Shown here: piece after piece, positions 38,986-52,822 of the stretch | How positions within the stretch are numbered: the stretch's first letter is position 1 | Layout of the letters: every line of letters begins with the position of its first letter | NCBI RefSeq assembly: GCF_009914755.1 | Contig: NC_060945.1 | From: the human T2T-CHM13v2.0 reference genome, Homo sapiens | Direction: 5' to 3' (one strand) | Length of the DNA: 64,000 bases | Translations under genes and position numbers: made by a program | The notes under the pieces: model-generated | What the model saw: only the letters and a program-made list of their open reading frames with translations | Database searches by the model: none | Told to the model about the DNA's origin: nothing

Positions 38986-39370
38986 GTTTTAGTTTGGGCT
39001 GCCAGAGCAAAGTACCATAGACTAGGCACTTTGTAAGCTGGATGGGTTTATAAACAACAGAAATTTATTTCTCACAGACCTTGAATTCAGAAATATGAGA
39101 TTAGAGTGCCAGCATGGATGAATTCTTGTGAGGACCCTCTTCTGACTTGCAGACTGCCGTCTTTTCTTTACATCCTCACACAATAGAAAAAGAGCAAGAG
39201 AGTTCTCTGGGGTCTTTTTTATAAGGGTGCTAATCTCATTCACATGGGCTCCAGTCTCATGATGTAATTAGCTCCCAAAGACCCCACCTCCTAGTACCAT
39301 ACATTGTGGGTTAGGATTTTGACATATGAATTTGGGTGGGGGGGAGAAAAACAACCATTTAATCCATTGC
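38986..39370 (-). mobile_element. MLT1A/MLT1A0 MaLR LTR
   Basis: TTATAAACAACAGAAATTTATTTCTCACAG..GACTTGCAGACTGCC..CTCCCAAAGACCCCACCTCCTAGTACCAT. Confidence 0.85.
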
Positions 39371-39505
39371 AATAGTGAAGGTGGAGGAGATACAAAATGA
39401 AATAAGTAAATCTTCCATAAATCTTTCATAAATTATAGTATAAGAAAATATCATGAATGGTTCAAATTTGTGATTTTTATCACTACAAAAGAGATTATGA
39501 GACTG

Positions 39506-39848
39506 TGATATGGTCTGGCTGTGTCCCCACCCAAAGCTCACCTTGAATTGTAATAATCCCAATATGTCAAGGGCAGGGCCAGGTGGAGATAATTGAATCA
39601 TGGGGGCGGTCTCCCCCATACTGTTCTCATGTTAATTAATAAGCCTCTGTTGGTTTCATAATGGGAGTTCTCCTGCACAAACTCTTTTGCCTGCTGCCAT
39701 CTAAGACATGCCTTTGCTCCTCCTTTGCTTTCTGCCATGATTGTGAGGCCTCCCCAGCCATGTGAAACTGTGAGTCCACTAAATCACTTGTTCTTTATAA
39801 ATGACCCAGTCAAGTATGTCTTTATTTGCATGAAAACAGACTAACACA
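39506..39848 (+). mobile_element. THE1 (C-like) solo LTR
   Basis: TGATATGGTCTGGCTGTGTCCCCACCCAAA...AACAGACTAACACA; perfect 5-bp TSD GACTG at 39501 and 39849. Confidence 0.92.
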
Positions 39849-40082
39849 GACTGATTCATCCAGCTCAGAAATATTTGAATAGGGCTTCTAAAAAGGGCCT
39901 TGCAAAGTATGTATTATGTGTATTGATGAAGATGGATGGAGTTTTCATGAAAGTTACCTGTAAATACACGGACCAGCCAAGGTGAATAAAGAAAGAAAGA
40001 AAATGAGCAGAGATGGACAGAATAGAAGCCAAACACGACTCATTTATTTACTTCTCTTTAAAGTGCCAAAGCACATATTAAA

Positions 40083-40365
<283 letters not shown>

Positions 40366-40439
40366 ACATAATTAATTTTTATCACAGATTTCACAGATTT
40401 TAAACTCCTCAAGTTACATTTCTCAAGTAGTAAAATCAC

Positions 40440-40610
40440 TTATTTCTGAGTGCATTTAAGATGGACCTTGAGTTTATTTAAAATGCAGATTCCCAGGTCC
40501 TGTTGTATGCCTGTTAAATCAGAATCTCTGGACTTGGAACTAACTGAGAAGTTTGCACTTTAAGCAAAAATCCTGGCGAATTCTACAGACTAAGGCTTTA
40601 AAGCCATTCA
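40440..40610. mobile_element. MER5-type hAT-Charlie remnant
   Basis: TTAAAATGCAGATTCCCAGGTCC..AAATCAGAATCTCTGG..TTTGCACTTTAAGCAA. Confidence 0.7.
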
Positions 40611-41291
40611 TCTGACATGTGGAGTACAATCTCTTTAGTTATCTTTAGTGAATATCCTCTATAATATTCACAAAGATTGTAAGTAAATAGTTAAATGTAT
40701 CAATGTTAAGACTTCAACAATTTAAGAAATGTTCCCAAATGCAGCTGGTTTTCTTACAAAATGGGAGGTATAGTTGAGTGTATGTATTGGAAAATAAGGA
40801 CTAAAACTCTCTTTAAGGATAATACCAAAGGTAATTTTCTTAATCCCTACTTTTAAAAATATTACATTGGCTTTGGTCTTCTTGTTGAACGGTTAATAAT
40901 TTGACCGATAAATCTATAAATTCTTGTTAAGAACTTACTATAATCTTAGCTACATAAAGGTGATACAAAAGGAAGGGAACTATATAGTGCCTGAAATTTG
41001 ACCTAAGAGTTATGAAGAGTTTGAGAAAACAAGAGAAAATATGAAAGATTATCATAGAACAGAAGGTAATTGCATGGTATTAATTTTAAATGCTGCCACT
41101 ATGCACAGGCTAAGAAGAACAAAGAAGGTTTTTGTTGTAAAGTCAGGTTTCAGGAAGTGATTTGGCTAAGATGTGGACCTAAAAGCTGGGTAATATCACT
41201 TACAGAAAATACCATTACAGAAAATACCGAAATAGTCACTATCCACAATTTAGAAGAAAAAAACCTAAAGTTATCCTTTGTCCCATGATAA

Positions 41292-41597
<306 letters not shown>

Positions 41598-42668
41598 TAG
41601 ATGATGCTTGGTATTGTTCCTATTTATTTTTAAAACTTGATATTTCTTCAGAGAGTAAACTTTGACTGTTATATTATGACAACATGTCGGGTATCATCAA
41701 TTTGAATTTTGTTAGATTCATTTTTTTTTTTTTAGAATCCCAAGATAAATTGCTCAGTTTTTATGCTTAGTTTAAATTTGAGAGCCTTAATATAACTTGT
41801 ACAATTTAGTTTCACTGTATGTTTTGTTATTATTTGGGAGGTGAGGAGAGTTCATTTGCAGTACAATTTTAGCATATTTTATAATATAGTCAGTCAAAAA
41901 AACGCTTCACATGTATATATTTCTTCTTTATTTTAGACTGTAGGTTATGTATTTTAAAACCAATTGTTAGATGTCCTGTTATACAGATTTACTTCTTCCT
42001 ATTTGGTGATTTTTTGATGCATTAAAAAGAGAAAATTGTATAAACCTAATGACTATTGACAAGTGTTCAGAGAGATAAAAAAGATCTATAATTAGCACAA
42101 TGGAAAGACTTCCAAATCCACACTCTTTTGACGTTTTCTCACCTGAAAAGTATTTATTGCAGTTTTACTGGTTGATTGGTTTTCATTTTCCTTTCAGTTG
42201 TGTTTCTATGCAGAAATTGCATGGAACTGAACAGGAACTGCATTACAATTGAAACTGTTTCTAATATTATTCACTAATGGGCAAATCCATTACTTTAGGT
42301 CCATTTCTTATACAAGGAAATGCAGTTACTCCGAGGACAATTCAGGTAAATAACTACCGCAGCATGGACCCAAGGGTAGCAGTAGAAAGTGGTGCTGCTC
42401 TAAGTTTCTCCTCTAGTGGATGCCAAAAGAAAACATTCTTATCACTGTGTACGTGCTAGGCATAATTGTTTTGGTATGTGTTCAGCACAGGCTTAGACAA
42501 AAGTCTTTCTATGTAAATCCAAACAGTAACTGTTGAATTACTCATTTAAACGTACGTGTTTCACAGCACAAGTTGTTAGTGAAAGGTTTCAACTTCTTAT
42601 TTTAGACATTAAACAGATACCTCAAATGTTTGGGAATTCTTCCTTTACATCTCAGCAATGGAAATATT

Positions 42669-42699
<31 letters not shown>

Positions 42700-43734
42700 A
42701 GCTAGCCAAGAGTCCCTGTACAGTGAGCAATCTTTTGGGGTCTTATCTTCTCATCACTGAAGAATTTATATGTGGACACTAAAGTAATATTAAAACCACT
42801 CACTCTTACTGGTAATTTACAGAATACAGTTTTAATTAACAGCAATATCGACAACAATAGCAATGATGAAACCTCTGAGGTGAAAGAGAATGTTAATTTT
42901 AGCAAAGAGTGTCTTGTCATCTGGACAAGGCTTACCAGTTCCTAGCCTCTAGTTTGTATACACTTATGCAATCATTTTGAATATTTACTCCCTGTATGCT
43001 GGTAGAAAAATAAGTGTCAGGACATTACATGTGAAGGAATAATTCAACATTTAAGTTTTTAAGAGTATATTCTTTTCAGATCTTGTTCCCCAAAGTTAAA
43101 CATTGTGGTAGATTGAGACTTTCATTATTAAATATCTTACAGAAAACAAAGGAAATCATAACGTCTTATTTACCATCATTAAGAGAAACCTGAAGGCCAA
43201 TTACTTATTGAGTGGCAGGCAACTCAATTACATTATTGTATAGAATCCTCAGGACTGTATTAAAAAATTATGACAAGGAGTTTACACAGGTCAGCCTATA
43301 AAACTACTGCATAATTTCTATCTGTAAATTAAAATAGAAAAGAAATAAGATTGAAGTAAATATGATAATAGTAAATTTCATGTCTAAGTGTGCTAAACTA
43401 CCTGGCCTTTCCTATTCTTGAATAAAATTATTCTGGTTGCCATAATGCATCCCGAAGCTTACCTAGATGAGGAGAAATTCGAAGTATTCCAATGTCTGCA
43501 CTCATGAATAGATCAAGACTTGGGGGAAACCAGTGATCTCTTGGCAACAGGACCAGAAGGTACGTAATCTCTTGTTTTGATTATATTTCATCTGCTGAAA
43601 AATTGCTTATCTCTCTGAGATTTATCTTAGAGATAACTGAAAGTAATTTTGTGACCTTCACATTGTCCGTATTTAAGTTAGATAATTGAAAATTTAGTGA
43701 GGATCCCAAAACCTCAAGTATGTATGGAGATTAA

Positions 43735-43960
43735 GATTTCCAACTCTGAAGAAAAACTGTCAGGTTCAAATCTTGGTCCTGTTCACCTCTGATGACTAAC
43801 TCTGTGGTTACAAAACCCTCTTGCCTCCCTTTATCCATCTGAGAAAAAAATTGGTATGACTACATAGTTTGGCAAGTGGGGGCTAACTGAGCTACTAGAC
43901 AACTTACACAGTAAGTCGACACAAAGCACATGCACAATAAGCATAATTAATATTACATTA
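43735..43960 (+). mobile_element. MIR remnant
   Basis: AGGTTCAAATCTTGGTCCTG..GCCTCCCTTTATCCATCTG..ACTTACACAGTAAG..GCACATGCACAATAAG. Confidence 0.55.
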
Positions 43961-44377
43961 TTTTATTTTGTATGAGGTGGCAACAAATAGTTATCACATG
44001 CTTAATTTTAAATAAGCATTAATAGTGGTAGAAATTAAGGAAATTTATATATTAGAGAAAACTCTTAGAAATATGAAGGCTATCTAGTTATATTTGTTTC
44101 TTATGTATCACATCCTCAATTTTAAATAAAAAGCATTAATAATAGTAGAAATTAAGAAAATACATTTATTAGAGAAGTCTATTAGAAATATCAAGGCCTA
44201 ATCTAATTATATTTGTTAACTGAACTTGAGACATATGAATATTCACATACTTTAAGATATTTTATCACTTATTTGAAGAGGGACTCTGGTCACTATAAGA
44301 ACAACTCGCACATAGCAAAAACTAGTGATTGAATACATTCTAAAGAGTAACATACATTTTGAAAGTGAGCTGTTGTT

Positions 44378-44939
<562 letters not shown>

Positions 44940-46828
44940 TTTACCATATATATATTTTTTTGACTAAGTGAGATAAATCACATTGAAATGCATGAAATAA
45001 TGTCTGGCATCCAGTAGATGCTCAGTGACATTTGTCCCCTTTAATGGTTTCAACTGGTTAGGATTTCCCACGAAGAACAGTAGCATTTTGGTATCACTAG
45101 GCTAATGTCCATTTTCTGTATTGGAGAGTAGAGAAACCCCTTGGGTGATAGCTTATTTTACCTACTATGGAATTTTTACAGAACAAAGTTAAGGGTCATC
45201 TGCTGTGTGGATTCCCACTGGTTATGTGAGACGTGGCAGAACATAATGGTGAGAAGAAGGATTCAGGAGCTGAACCATCTGGGTTCTTCAGGCTGTATCA
45301 CCTACTGCCAATGAGAGGTTTAGCCAGTTAGTTACCTTTGTGAGCTTCCTCTGGTGAGGATCAGAAGAGTTAATACATAAGGCACCAATTATAATACTAA
45401 CCCTGGGATGTAAAAAGGCTCAATTATTATTACTGGTTACCATTATTATTAAGAGTGTTAATAATAATTACTACAGCAATCTTTTCTAGACAAGGGAAAG
45501 TGAAGCAACTAATTAACCCTCAATGAAAAAAAGGTTTTTTTCACTGCTAAAGACTATTAACTCTGACATGAGTTTTAGAATAGTTTTGCTTTCTCTCTCT
45601 TTGCCTGTATTTTCTTTATTTTTTATTCTAATGTTTTTGATTTACCCAAGGATTTTGGTGCTAGATTGTGGTTCTGGTAGGCTGATCAAAGTTCATACCA
45701 CAGGCAGTTAATTTTACCCAGATGACTCCTGGTTTCTTTCTTTTTTAAATAAATCATATCCACTGCCGAGGTTGATATGAGGACTTCTCTCCATTGGCAA
45801 GTAGCATTGTAGCCACAATCTCTTATTAAAGCTTGAAACAAAATGGTGATTACTAGTGTTTATGGCCAAATTTTGTTCATGCCTGACCACTGAATTTGTT
45901 TGGATACCAGGAAATTATGGACTGTGTGATTCGAATTAGGATAAGAGATTAAACCCTGGTAGCCATTCTTTAGCAAAGACTGTGCTGTTAAAAAAAATGG
46001 AAAATATCTTTTTAACCAAGTCAGTGAAATTAGCTTAGTCATGAGGATTGCAAGTGAGCTTTCTGTACTTGAGATGTAAACACAGTGCCAAAAAGTTTCA
46101 CCAGGAGACTGGGGAGAGATGCTGATTCTTATTATGTGAGAGATTTGTAATGCTAACTTAATCTTCTGACTAAACCCCTTAATTTCCCATTTTTAACTAT
46201 TCTAGATGCTTGTCTCAGGAAATGGAAGAAATCTCTTCAATAATGTTACCAGAGACATGCCATGTCATTTCTATCTTCTCAATACAACTACTTAGTTTCT
46301 TTTTTCTTTCATTTTTGCATAATTTCCATAGCAACATGTACATGGTGACTACATTACATCAATCAGCACCTCCACTCCTGGTCCCAGTTTTTTCTTTGCT
46401 AATCCTCACTGCTGACTTTTGTTGTGGTGTCATTATCATTTCACAAGGTAACTACTGTCACCTTGGAAATGAAATGCATGGTCAAAGCCCTTTAATACAC
46501 AAAATATGTAAAATCTCCTCTTATGCATATTATACATGAAAGAAGGATAAGACCATCAGTTAGTTGTGTCTCCTCTGTAGAAATAGCCAGAGCATCAGGA
46601 CAGCTGCATCCTCTTTCACAGAAGTAGGAGAGCAGATGCTGAGGCAGGACACAATAGTTCTTCAGCCTGTGTTGCCTCCACTTGCATCCTAGAGCACTTG
46701 TTGAACTCTCTCTTAGGTAAATGGTAATATTTTCTGAAGGCACTAAGAGAATTTTTACCATGAGGGTAAATACCAATTAGCTATTATCTCCTTTTAGTAG
46801 GAGTGTAGCACAAAGAACTTCTGATTGA

Positions 46829-47239
<411 letters not shown>

Positions 47240-47861
47240 TAAGCCTTGCCACTGAAAATTTTCTGTCTTTAAGTCCCACATAACAACTGCAGCCTGTAAC
47301 ATCTTGTTGACTGGCTTGACAGAGGATGGCCAATTTTTGTGTTTAGGCTCAGATGTGCAGTGCTGGGTTCTCAAATTGTGTCCCAGCCTGGGACACTGTG
47401 GCTTTAATGACATCCTCATTATCCATCCTTTATATAAAAAACCTTATATCTGTATGCAAAGCCATGGACTCTTAAGATTTTGAGTGCATCATACATGCTA
47501 CAGGCAGCAGAAGCTATATGAAGGATGTGCTTTCAGGCCAATCCCTGCCTAGTGTAGGCCCAGGTGGTATAATGCCTCATAACAGACCCCATTCCCTGGG
47601 CAAAGACATTGTGAATGGTGGGATCAGTATCCTCCTGTGACATGTGACATCCTCCTGTGACCTACTCACTATGATTTGGATGGCTCCCCTCAAGTTTGGG
47701 CTAGAGTGTCAGTGAGTGGATTAACTCAGGACAATTCCAGTTCTTTCTATGTACCTTCCTTTCATCATGAGGGATATGAAGAAAACATTAGATCATGTTG
47801 GATGCTGTTTGTCTGTTGGTTGGTTGGTTGGTTGGGTTTAACAATAAGAGCACGTATCTAG

Positions 47862-48315
47862 TCTTCTAGTTTTGTAAGGCTGCCATAATAATTTACATCC
47901 AAGCTGGTGACTTAAAACAACAGATATTTATTCTCTCATAGTTGTAGAAACCAGAAATTTGGAATCAAAGTGTCAGAGGACCATGTTCCTTCCAAAAGCC
48001 CTAGGGAAAAATTTTAATTCTTCCTTGCCTCTTCTAGCTTTTGGTGGCCCCAGGCATTCCTTGGCTGATGGCAGCATAACTCCAGTCTCTACTTTTGTCT
48101 TCATATGTCATTATTCCCTATATTTCTTTGTATTCTCCTTTTCTGTCTCTTATAAGGACACTCATTGGTGGATTTCATGCTTATCTCAATCCAGCATGAC
48201 CTCAAATTGAGATGCTAACCTTAATTACATCTACAAAGATTCTTATGCCAAATAAAGTTACATTCTGAGCTTCCAGTTGAACATATCTTTGGAGATCCAC
48301 TGTTGAACCTACTAT
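47862..48315 (-). mobile_element. MLT1B/C MaLR LTR
   Basis: GACTTAAAACAACAGATATTTATTCTCTCATAGTT..CCTCTTCTAGCTTTTGGTGGCCCCAGGCATTCCTTGGC..AATTACATCTACAAAGA. Confidence 0.85.
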
Positions 48316-48714
48316 GCCTAAAAACTCAGGCCTGTCCCAAGGGCAGATTTAAAAAGAAAGAGAAATTCATTTTGCTTTCTGATTTTGAGATTGTTCCTCT
48401 TACCCCTACTCCATTTTCAACACCTGAACTTTATCAAGAAAACTCAAAGACAAAATGTGGCCAAGGTTGGCAATAAATACATTTTTGCCAATAATCTGAT
48501 GGGAAACTTATGTTACTTCTTGTAAATCAAAATAAATTGGATCTGCTGGCAATCTGGTTAACCTGCAATTTAGATTATGACAATGGTGTTCTTATTTTAT
48601 GCATTTTCACATGCTCCAAATCTCCTTCTGTATCTCTTTCTAAAATTTTGCTGAGAGTCCATCCTTTCTGACCAAAGGTTATTTCATTCTCCACTGAAGT
48701 AGTTATTAAAAATA

Positions 48715-49120
48715 TCTTCTGGTAGATAAGGAAAAAGTGGCTCATGTATACCACTGGAATTCTACACAGCCATAAAAAAGAACCAAATTAGGTTATTTGC
48801 AGCAAAATGGATGCATATGGAGGCCATTATCCTAAGCAAGATAACATGGAAACAGAACCAAATACTGCATGTTCTCACTTATAAGCAGGAGCTAACTATT
48901 GTGTATTCATGGTCATAATGGTGGAAAGGATAGTCACTGGGGACTACTAGAGGATGGAAAGAGGGTGAGAGGCAAGGGCCAAAAAACTATTTTTTGGATC
49001 TTATGCCCACTACCTCGGTGAAAGATTGATTCATACTCTAAACCTCAACATCACTCAATATACCTTTGCAGCTAACCTGCATGCATACCCCCAATTCTAA
49101 AATAAAAGTTGAAAAAAAAA
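48715..49120 (+). mobile_element. L1PB/L1PA15-16-type 3'UTR fragment
   Basis: CAGCCATAAAAAAGAAC..GGAGGCCATTATCCTAAGC..AAACCTCAACATCAC..CTAAAATAAAAGTTGAAAAAAAAA. Confidence 0.85.
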
Positions 49121-51723
49121 GCTTAGAAAAGAATTGAAGGAAATACAAAAATAAGTTACCACGACCACCTCTTGATGGTGAGTATGGGTAATTTTTGTTG
49201 GTTTATATTGACCCCCTATTTAGCAAAATTCCTGAAATGATCACATTAATGGGAAAATATAGTTTTCAGTTCCTAGAAAGGTTTGCTTGGTTTATGTTTA
49301 AAAACAAATGATTCAACGGCTCTTTTCACAGACTTGATGGTGATTTGGGAGAAAATCCAGAAATTGGTGACCTATTATGAGTTCATAATTAGGCCCATTA
49401 TTTCTGATAAAATATTTCAGTAGCATTAAAATGCTAAGCTGAACTAAGATGTTCATGAAATGTATTCAAATAAACAAACCCAATTTAAAGATGATTGTAT
49501 AAAAATATCTTACTTGATAATATAAATGCAAAATTTGTGAATGTTTATTTATAGTTCCTGTAATTTGGGGAAATTAAAGTCACTTGGGAACAATATTTAC
49601 TTCACTAGCAACCAAAGGAGTACAATTGAAAAATAATGACTTGAAAATAAAATAAAAGTAAAAAAGGACTTCATTTCTTTTCACACAGTCTGAAAGAGTG
49701 AGTGCACAAGCTTTTCTCTGCCCAACTCCTCTTTGTCCACAAGGAATTTTCAGAATTCCTCCGTGTCTGTCTTATAATTTCATTCCTTGCTCATATAAGC
49801 AAGTTGGTTCAGAAACCCTAAGACTGTTATACCGTCAGTTGGGTTAGTTTAAAATAACCCCTATGAGCAGTTCAACACTGAATTGGCAATGCTTTGGAAA
49901 GCAGAGACCCTGTCAGCTAACCAGCCATCCTTTAAAATCAATTCATATTTTCACAGTCCCTGGGGATTGTTTCACAGGGCTAAAATTTCCCTGTTGGAAC
50001 AGGGTTACTTGAAGATAACAGGGACACTTGAAGGTAAGGATGTCAATATTTTGCTGTTTCTGAATGTCATTCATTCAGAGATGGCTTAAGACATTTGTAA
50101 TTCCTTCAAAGATGGCATAAGAAATTTGGATTTTCAAACTTTAGTTTTCTCATCTTAGAGTTTGAGGTAATTTTATTTGTCAGCTGCCAGAAAATAAAAA
50201 GAACACATAAGGTAGCAGACTAATATCTACATTGACCTATTGTAGAGCCAGAAGGACCCATTTATTTAGCAAGAGACTTCTTTACTGTGTCTAGTTCAGG
50301 TTCCCGGAAAGATGGGACAATTTGTAGTAACACTCATTCCTTCTGCTAAGGGTCATAAGATAGGTTTAGACATATGGTCCCATTTTGATGATGTTTTAAA
50401 CTTTGTTTATTTTACATACCCTGTGATAGAGCCAATCAATGTAGGGGCCTAAACGTCGGTATAGCCTGTAATTTTGACAGATGCCCAGATTGTGGTATTG
50501 ACAAATAGGACAGATGTCCCGAGGGGCATATGTGTAGAAATAGATGACATTTCACAGAGAATTTACTAATTCAATATAATGCTGAAACAACATGTGGTAG
50601 TAGTTGAACCCATATATAGAATACATTTGGGGAAATATTTCTCACATATTTGACGTGGTGCCCAGAACTATATGATGTGAAGAGTAATTGTGTGTTTTGT
50701 ATGGGAACACATTAGTAAAACCTCATGCAAATCAAAATCAATCCAGATGAAAAATAATTAATAACGGTGTTTACAAACTCAAATAATACCTGCACAAGGC
50801 AATGGCATAAACAAAGTTTACAATGCCTCCAGATGGCAATATTTGAAAGATGATTTCGAGTTTTACACACAAATTGAGAATTTATTCATATAACATATGG
50901 AGCTAACTAAAATCCATATAATTCAAATTAGCTTACATTGTAACTAAATGGAATGGAAAAGGAGTTCCTGTTCATTTTACCACTTTCAGAATAGAAAATT
51001 CTGGATCTGGTGAAAATTGATCATTTTCCTTTTGTTTTAATTCAAGGTATAGACTCGTGTCTAAAGACATGGTTAACTGTTTAAGGAGAATAGAGGATGA
51101 AGAAGGGTTAAATGACAAGCAAGTTTTAAAAGTCTGATATCAACTAATTTTTAGGCAAGGAAGATTTAAAAATTTCACTGTGATTTGAGTGAGAGGCCCC
51201 TTACTTTTTATATCACATTGTAAGTTTAAAGAAGAAGAGAATAAAAACATCATGGCTAAATCACCTGAAATGACTTCAAATTTTCTACAAATGATAAACA
51301 TATCCAATGTGATAATTATAATTCAAGGCCCATTTTAATCTGACCCTAAATTTTCTTTCCCATTCTAATAATCAATAAGCTAATCAATAAGCTCATAACA
51401 TCCTACAGATTCTGCACACACACATGCACACACACACAGAGAAACACAGTCACTTCTTCAAACACATTGTTTTTTCATTTTTCTTTGCCTTTCATCTATT
51501 TATTTATTAGAGTGCCCACCTCCAAGGTAAGAGGGTTATTGAGATAATTTTATAAATGTCACGGGGCTTGCCCTCATAAAGTCTATATTACAGAAAGGAA
51601 GTTGAGAAGAAACAACCAATGGTTCAATTACTTATTAAAATTAGTTTGGATCATTATCTCTCCATCCACTGTTAATCTACTTATAATCTTCTTTGCTCTT
51701 TACCATGTTTAATGAACTCTTAG

Positions 51724-52822
51724 ACTTTTAACTTTTATTTTAAGTTCACGAGTACAAGTGCAGGTTTGATACATTGGTAAATTTGTGTCTTGGGGGTTTA
51801 TTGTACAGATTATTTCATCACCCTGGTATTAAGCCTAATACCCATTAGTTATTTTTCCTGATCCTCTCCCTCTACCCTCTAGCCTGTGAAAAGCCCCATG
51901 GATGTTGTTACCCTCTGTGTCCATATGTGCTCATCATTTAGCTCCCACTTATAAGTGAGAACATGTGGTATTTGGTTTTCTGTCTCTGCATTTGTTGGCT
52001 AAGGATAATGGCCTCCAGCTCCATAATGTCCCTAAAAAGGACATGATCTCATTCTTTTTACGGCTGCATAGTATTCCATGATGAATATGTACCATATTTT
52101 CTTTATCCAGTCTATCACTGATGGGCATTTAGATTGATTCCATGTCTTTGCTTTGTGAATAGTACTGCAATGAAGATATGAATGCATGTGTCTTTATAAT
52201 AGAGTAATTTATATTCCTTTGGGTATTGATAAGGTTTGGCTGTTACCCCACCCAAACCTCATCTTGAATTATAGCTCCCGTAATTCCCGTGTGTCATGAG
52301 AGGGACCCAGTGGGAGATAATTGAATCATGGGGGCAGGTCTTTCCCATGCTGTTCTCCTGATAGTGAATAGATCTCATGAGATCCGATGGTTTTATAAAT
52401 GGGAGTTGCCCTGCACAAGTTAACAAGTTCTCTCTTGCCTGCCTCCATGTAAGATGTGACTTTGATCCTCATTCTCTTTCTGCCATGATTGTGAGGCCTC
52501 CCCAGCCATGTGGAACTGTGAGTCCATTAAACCTCTTTTCTTTATAATTTACCCAGTCTCAGATACATCTTTATTAACAGCATAAGAACAGACTAGTACA
52601 GGTAATGGGATTACTGGGTTGAGTGGTATTCCTTTCTTTAGGTCTTTGAAGAATCACCACCCTGTCTTCCACAATGGATGAACTAATTTACACTCCCATC
52701 AACTGTGTATAAGCATCCCTTTTTCTCTACAACTTTGCCAGCGTCTTTCATTTTTTTATTTTTGATAATAGCCATTCTGACTGGTGTTAGTATCTCATTG
52801 TGGTTTTGATTTGCATTTCTCA
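51724..52822 (-). mobile_element. L1PA13-like 3' end interrupted by THE1
   Basis: TTTTAACTTTTATTTTAAGTTC..TACAGATTATTTCATCACCC..CCCACTTATAAGTGAGAACATG. Confidence 0.85.
52227..52600 (+). mobile_element. THE1 (B/C) solo LTR
   Basis: TGATAAGGTTTGGCTG..CCATGATTGTGAGGCCTCCCCAGCCATGTGGAACTG..GAACAGACTAGTACA. Confidence 0.92.
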
